Position numbers and translations under genes: made by a program. The notes below the pieces were generated by a model. It did no database searches. It was not told the DNA's origin and saw only the letters and a list, made by a program, of their open reading frames with translations. Shown one piece after another: positions 57,831 through 64,000 of a DNA stretch of 64,000 nucleotides. The stretch lies in NCBI GenBank assembly GCA_964619205.1, contig CAZUDE010000002.1:61420-125419 (forward strand). Reading direction: 5' to 3'. This DNA comes from an uncultured Desulfobacula sp. (GTDB taxonomy: Bacteria; Desulfobacterota; Desulfobacteria; Desulfobacterales; Desulfobacteraceae). Position 1 is the stretch's first letter, and each line of letters begins with the position of its first letter.

Positions 57831-58823
57831 ATGATCAGTTATAAGGACATCGGGCTTGTCAACACCCGTGACATGCTCAAAAAGGCTGCAACGGGCGGCT
57901 ATGCAGTTCCGGCTTATAATTTTAATAATATGGAACAACTTCAGGCCATTATCCAGGCCTGTGTGGAAACAAAATCACCCGTGATTCTGCAGGTTTCTTC
58001 CGGCGCAAGGAAATATGCAAACCAGACCCTTCTCCGCTATATGGCCCAGGGGGCAGTTGCCTACGCAAAAGAACTCGGTTATGAAATCCCCATTGCACTT
58101 CATCTGGATCACGGCGACACCTTTGACCTGTGCAGGAACTGTATTGAAATGGGATTTTCTTCGGTCATGATCGACGGATCCCATCATTCCTATGAACATA
58201 ATATTGAACTGACAGCCAAAGTTGTTGAGTTTGCACATCAGCACGATGTAACGGTAGAAGGGGAGCTTGGTGTTCTCGCAGGGGTTGAAGACGAGGTCAG
58301 CTCTGAAACCTCCAGCTATACAAACCCTGCCGAAGTGGAGGACTTTGTAAAACGGACAAAAGTTGATTCCCTGGCCATATCCATCGGCACCTCCCATGGG
58401 GCTAATAAATTTACCCCGCAACAGTGCAAAAAAAACGAAAAAGGGGTTTTGGTTCCGCCGCCGCTGAGATTTGATATTCTGAAAGAGGTTGAAAAACGCC
58501 TGAAGGGATTTCCCATTGTCCTTCACGGCTCTTCTTCCGTTCCTGAGGAAGAGGTGAGAACCATTAATCAGTATGGAGGAAAACTTGAAAACGCCGTAGG
58601 TATACCGGAACAACAGTTAAGAGAGGCTGCCGCTCTTTCCGTGAGCAAAATAAATATTGATTCCGACGGCAGGCTTGCCATGACCGCCGCCATCCGGAAA
58701 GTTTTTTTTGAATCTCCGGGCGAATTTGATCCCAGAAAATATCTGGGACCTGCCAGGGATAGCCTGAAAAAGCTTTATATTAACAAAATCAATCATGTTC
58801 TGGGTTCTGCAGGCAAGGCATAA
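57831..58823 (+). CDS. fba: Class II fructose-1,6-bisphosphate aldolase
   Basis: AYNFNNMEQ, LHLDHG, SVMIDGSH, VEGELG, IGTSHGA, VLHG, KINIDSD. Confidence 0.95.
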   Translation: MISYKDIGLVNTRDMLKKAATGGYAVPAYNFNNMEQLQAIIQACVETKSPVILQVSSGARKYANQTLLRYMAQGAVAYAKELGYEIPIALHLDHGDTFDLCRNCIEMGFSSVMIDGSHHSYEHNIELTAKVVEFAHQHDVTVEGELGVLAGVEDEVSSETSSYTNPAEVEDFVKRTKVDSLAISIGTSHGANKFTPQQCKKNEKGVLVPPPLRFDILKEVEKRLKGFPIVLHGSSSVPEEEVRTINQYGGKLENAVGIPEQQLREAAALSVSKINIDSDGRLAMTAAIRKVFFESPGEFDPRKYLGPARDSLKKLYINKINHVLGSAGKA

Positions 58824-58846
58824 CCATATACTTTCCAGGGGGCTTT

Positions 58847-61321
58847 ATGTTAGATCAAAATCATATTTCTGGTGAAAGCAATCAAGGTTCAGACTCTGAA
58901 ATCGACAGCCTGAAACAGGAAATTTTTTATAATATCCGGTTTAATCTTGGGCTTGATCCTGAAGAAATGAACCGATACAGCTGTTTTATGGGTCTTGCCT
59001 ACAGCCTGAAAAACCGGTTGATCAACCACTGGATAAAAACTCAGAAAGCGTGCAGGGACAATCTGTCAAAGCGGATTTTTTATCTTTCCCTTGAATTTTT
59101 ACCCGGGCGGTTTCTAAAAAATTATATTGTTTCCCTGGATCTGGAGGAGGTTACCCGTCAAGCGCTTTCAGACCTTGGATTTGACCTTGACTCCATTGAA
59201 GAAGAGGAATGGGATGCCGGGCTCGGGAATGGCGGGCTTGGCCGTCTTGCCTCCTGCTATATGGATTCCATCGCACGACTCAGGCTTCCGGGGTATGGGT
59301 ATGGAATTCGTTATGATTTCGGCATTTTTTATCAAGTGTTAAAAGACGGGTATCAGCAGGAAAAAAGTGATAACTGGATGCGCCGGGGAAACCCCTGGGA
59401 AATCATGCGGTTTGAAAATATTTATAAGGTCGGGTTTTACGGACGTTCCGAATCATACACGGATATCCTGGGAAACCAGAGGTTTCGTCTGATCGATACC
59501 CAGGATGTAATGGCACTGGCATGCGACATGATGGTGCCTGGCGTTGGTGATGAATTTGTAACCAATATGCGCCTCTGGACGGCCACGTCCAGCCGGGAAT
59601 TTGATCTTGATTTTTTTAACAGGGGCGATTATATCCGGGCGGCGGAAGACAAGGTATTGAGCGAGTCTATTTCCAAGGTTCTTTATCCCAGTGATGAAAG
59701 TGAAAAGGGCAAGGAATTAAGGCTTAAACAGCAGTATTTTTTTGTGTCGGCAACACTTCAGGATATTGTTTTCCAGTACAGGAAAGAATACCAGACCTTT
59801 GATACGTTTTCCGACTGGGCCGCCATCCAGCTGAATGACACCCATCCGACCATTGCCATACCCGAACTCATGCGTCTTTTAATGGATGAGTATGGTCTTT
59901 CCTGGTATGAATCCTGGACCGTCTGCGGAAAAACCTTTGCCTATACCAATCACACTGTTTTGCCCGAAGCACTTGAAACATGGTCAGTGTCATTATTAAG
60001 CAGGCTTTTGCCCAGACATATGGAAATCATTTATGAAATCAACCGGCGATTTCTTGAGGATCTTAAAAAAAACCACCCCGATGACCCTGACCTTTTTGGA
60101 AGACTGTCCATTATCCAGGAAGGCCATGAAAAGAAGATAAGGATGGCGCATCTGGCCATTATCGGCAGTCATTCGGTCAATGGGGTGGCTGCCCTGCATT
60201 CTCATATCCTGAAAACGAGTTTATTCAAAGAGTTTAACCGGGTTTATCCCGGAAAACTCAGAAATGTTACCAACGGGATTACCCCAAGGCGATGGCTTCA
60301 CCAGGCAAACCCGGATCTTTCAGGCCTTATTACCTCTGTTATAGGCCCTGAGTGGATATCGGATCTCTCTTTTCTGAAGAATCTCATTCCCTATGCAGAC
60401 GATCCTTTATTCCAGTCAAAATGGCAGAAAGTGAAATTTGAAAATAAGAAAAGGCTTGCCCGGTATACCTTGAGAAAGACGGGGAAGGGCGTCAACCCAA
60501 ATACCCTGTTTGACATCCATGCCAAACGGATGCATGAGTACAAACGCCAGCTTCTTAATATTCTCCATGTGATATATCTTTATAACAAAATCAGGGAAAA
60601 CGAGGACAGTGTGGACATCAGCCGCAGCTTTTTCTTTGCCGGCAAGGCAGCCCCTGCCTATGTGCAGGCAAAACTGATCATCAAGCTCATCACATCCGTA
60701 TCAGAAGCCATTCATAAAGACCCGCAGGTCAGAGAAAAGCTCAGCGTTATCTTTCTGCCAAATTACTGTATATCCCAGGCGGAAAAGCTCATTCCGGCTG
60801 CTGATGTTTCTGAACAGATTTCCACAGCCGGCTTAGAGGCTTCCGGCACGGGCAATATGAAATTTGCCCTGAACGGGGCACTGACCATAGGCACTCTGGA
60901 TGGTGCAAATGTAGAAATCATGGAAGAAGTGGGAGAGGATAATATTTTTATTTTCGGTCTGAAGTCGGATGAGGTTGTCAAAAAAAAACAGGAAGGGTAT
61001 AACCCGAGACACTATTATGAGGGGAACAAAGACATTAAAAAAATTATTGATATGATCGATTCAGGATATTTTTCTCCTGGGAATCCAGGGTTATTCAAAC
61101 CCATTGTTCATTCCCTCCTGGATGGAGGGGACTATTATCTGGTTCTTGCGGATTTTGAAAACTATGCCGTGACCCAGGATGAGGTTGCCAAAGCTTACAG
61201 AGACCAGGGCCTGTGGACACGGATGTCGATTTTGAATACTGCCAACATGGGTAAATTTTCCAGTGACCGTGCGGTTCAGGAATATGCAACCGGTATCTGG
61301 GGAGCCACACCGCTTCCTTAA
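58847..61321 (+). CDS. glgP: Glycogen/starch phosphorylase
   Basis: DAGLGNGGLGRLASC, QLNDTHP, TNGITPRRW, EASGTGNMKF. Confidence 0.97.
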   Translation: MLDQNHISGESNQGSDSEIDSLKQEIFYNIRFNLGLDPEEMNRYSCFMGLAYSLKNRLINHWIKTQKACRDNLSKRIFYLSLEFLPGRFLKNYIVSLDLEEVTRQALSDLGFDLDSIEEEEWDAGLGNGGLGRLASCYMDSIARLRLPGYGYGIRYDFGIFYQVLKDGYQQEKSDNWMRRGNPWEIMRFENIYKVGFYGRSESYTDILGNQRFRLIDTQDVMALACDMMVPGVGDEFVTNMRLWTATSSREFDLDFFNRGDYIRAAEDKVLSESISKVLYPSDESEKGKELRLKQQYFFVSATLQDIVFQYRKEYQTFDTFSDWAAIQLNDTHPTIAIPELMRLLMDEYGLSWYESWTVCGKTFAYTNHTVLPEALETWSVSLLSRLLPRHMEIIYEINRRFLEDLKKNHPDDPDLFGRLSIIQEGHEKKIRMAHLAIIGSHSVNGVAALHSHILKTSLFKEFNRVYPGKLRNVTNGITPRRWLHQANPDLSGLITSVIGPEWISDLSFLKNLIPYADDPLFQSKWQKVKFENKKRLARYTLRKTGKGVNPNTLFDIHAKRMHEYKRQLLNILHVIYLYNKIRENEDSVDISRSFFFAGKAAPAYVQAKLIIKLITSVSEAIHKDPQVREKLSVIFLPNYCISQAEKLIPAADVSEQISTAGLEASGTGNMKFALNGALTIGTLDGANVEIMEEVGEDNIFIFGLKSDEVVKKKQEGYNPRHYYEGNKDIKKIIDMIDSGYFSPGNPGLFKPIVHSLLDGGDYYLVLADFENYAVTQDEVAKAYRDQGLWTRMSILNTANMGKFSSDRAVQEYATGIWGATPLP

Positions 61322-61347
61322 ACAACCCGAATATTAGCGGAGGATGA

Positions 61348-62610
61348 ATGAACAGCGAAATGGGTGACAGCCGGCATAACCCGGTGACTTTTGCAAGACT
61401 TCCCATATTTGATATTAAAAAGAATCTTTGGGGATATGAATTGATTTACATGTCTGCCGGCCAAGCTAAAGTCATCTGCCCGGAAACAGGCGATGGACTC
61501 ACGGCAGATTTGATGAGCGGAACCTCTCTTGCCCTGGATCAGATCATGGACAAAGAAAAAAAGATCATGATCGGCTTTTCCAGAAAAAATATCATAAAAA
61601 ACATTCCCTATGCCCTTCCGCCCGGGCGTACGGTTATCAAACTGTCAAGTCCGGAAGAACTGCCGGATTCTTTTATTGCAATGCTCTCAAAATTGAAAAA
61701 GGACGGCTATCAGGTAACGGTTCCCTGGATAAAAAATCACAAACCCTGCAAAGCTGTTTATGATCTTGCCGATATGATCTGTGTGGATATTTCATCCATG
61801 GTATTGCCGGACCTCATGGATATCTGTCTTAATGCCGCCCCCTACAAGACCGTAATCCTTGCCGATCAGGTCAATGATCAGGCCGGTTTTGATATCTGCG
61901 GCAAGGCCGGGGTCTCCTTATTCAAAGGATCTTTTTTTAAGAAACAGGAAGATGTATCAGTCAAAAAAGTATTATCCGGAACAATTTCCAGGTTTGAGCT
62001 GATGAAAGCCATTGAAAAAACAGACCCTGATTTTTCCGAGCTGGCTGCTGCCATCCAAGCAGATGTAACCATCAGTTTCAGGCTGCTTGCCTATCTGAAC
62101 TCGGCTTCCTTTGGGTTTAGAAGAAAAATTGATTCCATCAAGGATGCCATTACCATGCTGGGCTGGCATAATCTTAAAAACTGGCTCAGGGTTGTCCTCT
62201 TATCTGAAGTATCTGAAAATAGGAATGCCTCTGAATTGGTTTTTCTATCCGCCCAAAGGGGAAAATTTCTTGAACAGGTAGGGCGGTTCCATGATTTTTG
62301 GGGTTTTGAGCCGGACTCGCTTTTTCTTTTGGGGATGTTCTCACTTCTGGATGCCTTGTTGAACCAGCCCATGGCCGAGATATTAAGATATCTTCCCCTT
62401 GCCGACAAACTCAAAGGGGCTCTTTTGATGCAGGAAAACAATGAATATGTCCCGCTTCTGAAATTGGCCCGTTATCTTGAGGAAGCCGCGTTTGAGCAGA
62501 CGGAGGCCATGATCGGTCAGCTTGGACTGGATACGGTTAAAGTTAAAGAGGCCCATTGCAATGCCCTTGAATGGGCCAACAAGCTGAGCGAAATGCAGTT
62601 GAAAAGATAA
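61348..62610 (+). CDS. Degenerate-EAL plus HDOD domain protein
   Basis: ARLPIFD..GYEL N-terminus; DVTISFRLLAYLNSA, FLLGMFSLLDALL (HDOD). Confidence 0.88.
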   Translation: MNSEMGDSRHNPVTFARLPIFDIKKNLWGYELIYMSAGQAKVICPETGDGLTADLMSGTSLALDQIMDKEKKIMIGFSRKNIIKNIPYALPPGRTVIKLSSPEELPDSFIAMLSKLKKDGYQVTVPWIKNHKPCKAVYDLADMICVDISSMVLPDLMDICLNAAPYKTVILADQVNDQAGFDICGKAGVSLFKGSFFKKQEDVSVKKVLSGTISRFELMKAIEKTDPDFSELAAAIQADVTISFRLLAYLNSASFGFRRKIDSIKDAITMLGWHNLKNWLRVVLLSEVSENRNASELVFLSAQRGKFLEQVGRFHDFWGFEPDSLFLLGMFSLLDALLNQPMAEILRYLPLADKLKGALLMQENNEYVPLLKLARYLEEAAFEQTEAMIGQLGLDTVKVKEAHCNALEWANKLSEMQLKR

Positions 62611-62671
62611 TGTTTCACCGGATCACGGATATGAAAAACCTCATTGGAACGGATAAGCGACGGTAGAAAAA

Positions 62672-63535
62672 TTGACCCCTGATAAAGTGATGAGCGGATG
62701 GTTTTCCGAGATCTCAGACATATGGCCCGGCATTGCGCTTTCCATTGAGATAGAAAAAATTCTTTTTTCCCAGAAAAGCATTTTTCAACAGATAGATCTT
62801 TTTGAAACCAAGTATCATGGAAGGATGCTGGTCCTGGACGGGATTATCCAGCTTACGGATTTTGATGAGTTTGCTTACCAGGAAATGCTGGTTCATATCC
62901 CCATGGTTGCCCATCCTTTTCCTGAAAAAGTTCTTGTGATCGGAGGAGGGGACGGAGGTGTTCTAAGGGAGGTTGCAAAACATGACACGGTTTTATCCAT
63001 TGATATCTGTGAAATTGATGAAAAGGTAATCCAGGTTTCAAAGAATTTTTTACCCGGCATGAGCATTGGGTTTGATGACCCAAGAGTCAGTATCCATATT
63101 GCAGACGGCAGTGAATTTGTTCAGCACCATCCGGCAACCTATGATGTTATTATTGTCGATTCCTCAGACCCTGTGGGCCCGGGAGAGATTCTGTTTGAAA
63201 AAAAATTTTATGACCACAGCAGAGGGGCGCTTAAAAAAAACGGAATTCTATCGGTTCAGGCGGAATCATTTTTTCTTCATCCGGACAAAGTGAAAAAAAT
63301 TGTCAGAAATATAAAAGATCTGTTTTTGTATCACGGATATGCCTATTCCCTTATCCCCACCTTCACGGGCGGGCATGTCGGCATCTGTATCGGTTCTGAC
63401 GGATATGATCCTGCGCGGCCGTCAAGACCAATTTCAAAAAAACTCCAGACCGGCCTGAGATATTACACCCCTGAGATTCATGAAGCTGCTTTTGTATTGC
63501 CGAGGTTTGCGGAAAAATTGATCAAAGAGGCATAG
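62672..63535 (+). CDS. speE: Spermidine synthase (polyamine aminopropyltransferase)
   Basis: LVLDGIIQ, YQEMLVH, LVIGGGDGG, IIVDSSDP. Confidence 0.95.
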   Translation: MTPDKVMSGWFSEISDIWPGIALSIEIEKILFSQKSIFQQIDLFETKYHGRMLVLDGIIQLTDFDEFAYQEMLVHIPMVAHPFPEKVLVIGGGDGGVLREVAKHDTVLSIDICEIDEKVIQVSKNFLPGMSIGFDDPRVSIHIADGSEFVQHHPATYDVIIVDSSDPVGPGEILFEKKFYDHSRGALKKNGILSVQAESFFLHPDKVKKIVRNIKDLFLYHGYAYSLIPTFTGGHVGICIGSDGYDPARPSRPISKKLQTGLRYYTPEIHEAAFVLPRFAEKLIKEA

Positions 63536-63560
63536 GCTTTCTTGCGGCAGGCTTTAGTTT

Positions 63561-64000
63561 TCAGGGCTGCTGCTGGGTAATGCAGTGAATATTGCCGCCA
63601 CCCAGAAGAATTTCCCTTGCCTTGACAGGGATTATTTTTCTCTCCGGGAAAACAGATTTCACAAGCGCAACAGCCGCATCATCATGGGGATCATCAAAAA
63701 CAGGCATGATGATACCGTTATTGGCAATATAAAAATTGACATAGGAAGCAGCCAGCCGGCTTCCTTTTTCTCTTCGCATGCCATGGCTGATTTTTACTAT
63801 GCTTTTGCTTTCTTGTTCAGACATGTAAAGAGGGCCCGGCTGGTGAAGCTTATAAACGATAATCGGTCTTCCCTTTGCATCCCGTGCCTTGGATAGCCGT
63901 TTCAGGGCATCCTGAGAAATTTCGTGCTGGGGGTCCAAAGGGTCATCTGTCCAGTGAAGCAGAACCTCTCCCGGTTTTGAAAAACAGCAGATATTATCCA
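63561..64000 (-). CDS. aguA: Agmatine deiminase (5' part beyond the window edge)
   Basis: Frame open to the edge (DNICCFSKPGEVLLHWTDD); ASYVNFYIAN, GGGNIHCITQQQP. Confidence 0.93.
   Translation of the reverse strand, partial: DNICCFSKPGEVLLHWTDDPLDPQHEISQDALKRLSKARDAKGRPIIVYKLHQPGPLYMSEQESKSIVKISHGMRREKGSRLAASYVNFYIANNGIIMPVFDDPHDDAAVALVKSVFPERKIIPVKAREILLGGGNIHCITQQQP

Noticed and set aside
65-63896. Numerous long antisense and alternate-frame ORFs in the track (e.g. 33232-34119, 52020-52934, 5925-6578)
   Set aside because: They are shadows of recognisable genes on the other strand or frame, with no motifs or RBS of their own.

Overview
A 64-kb chromosomal window that reads like a sulfate-reducing deltaproteobacterium (Desulfobacteraceae-like; inferred from gene content and style only). 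I found no rRNA, tRNA, CRISPR array, IS element or integrase. From the start: azlCD, a TolC/MacA/split-MacB efflux operon, an MCP, a MoxR-DUF58-transglutaminase triad and a GAF-GAF-PAS-GGDEF cyclase. The centre (15.7-43.5 kb) is an unusual locus for TonB-dependent uptake plus enzymatic processing. It holds a TonB receptor, three FecBCD/BtuFCD-type ABC sets, two AmmeMemoRadiSam-like radical SAM enzymes (one fused to a binding-protein lobe), a deaminase with a signal peptide, a methyltransferase, a 47-aa Cys/His mini-protein, a membrane-anchored octaheme cytochrome c, a TiaS-like DDTD protein, a purple acid phosphatase, an exported ~21-repeat DxDxDG protein and exbBD-tonB. A shared 22-bp motif lies upstream of both halves. 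Next come a decayed polymorphic-toxin patch (orphan Rhs C-terminus with an M15-peptidase-like domain, an exported immunity candidate and Phd-VapC) and a 4-hydroxybenzoyl-CoA-reductase-like Mo-enzyme operon with Moco genes, divergent from a ModE-type regulator across a perfect palindrome. The window ends with glycogen/central-metabolism genes, speE and a partial aguA. At least five genes appear as collapsed or chimeric deletion scars. All family calls come from motif recognition, not database searches.
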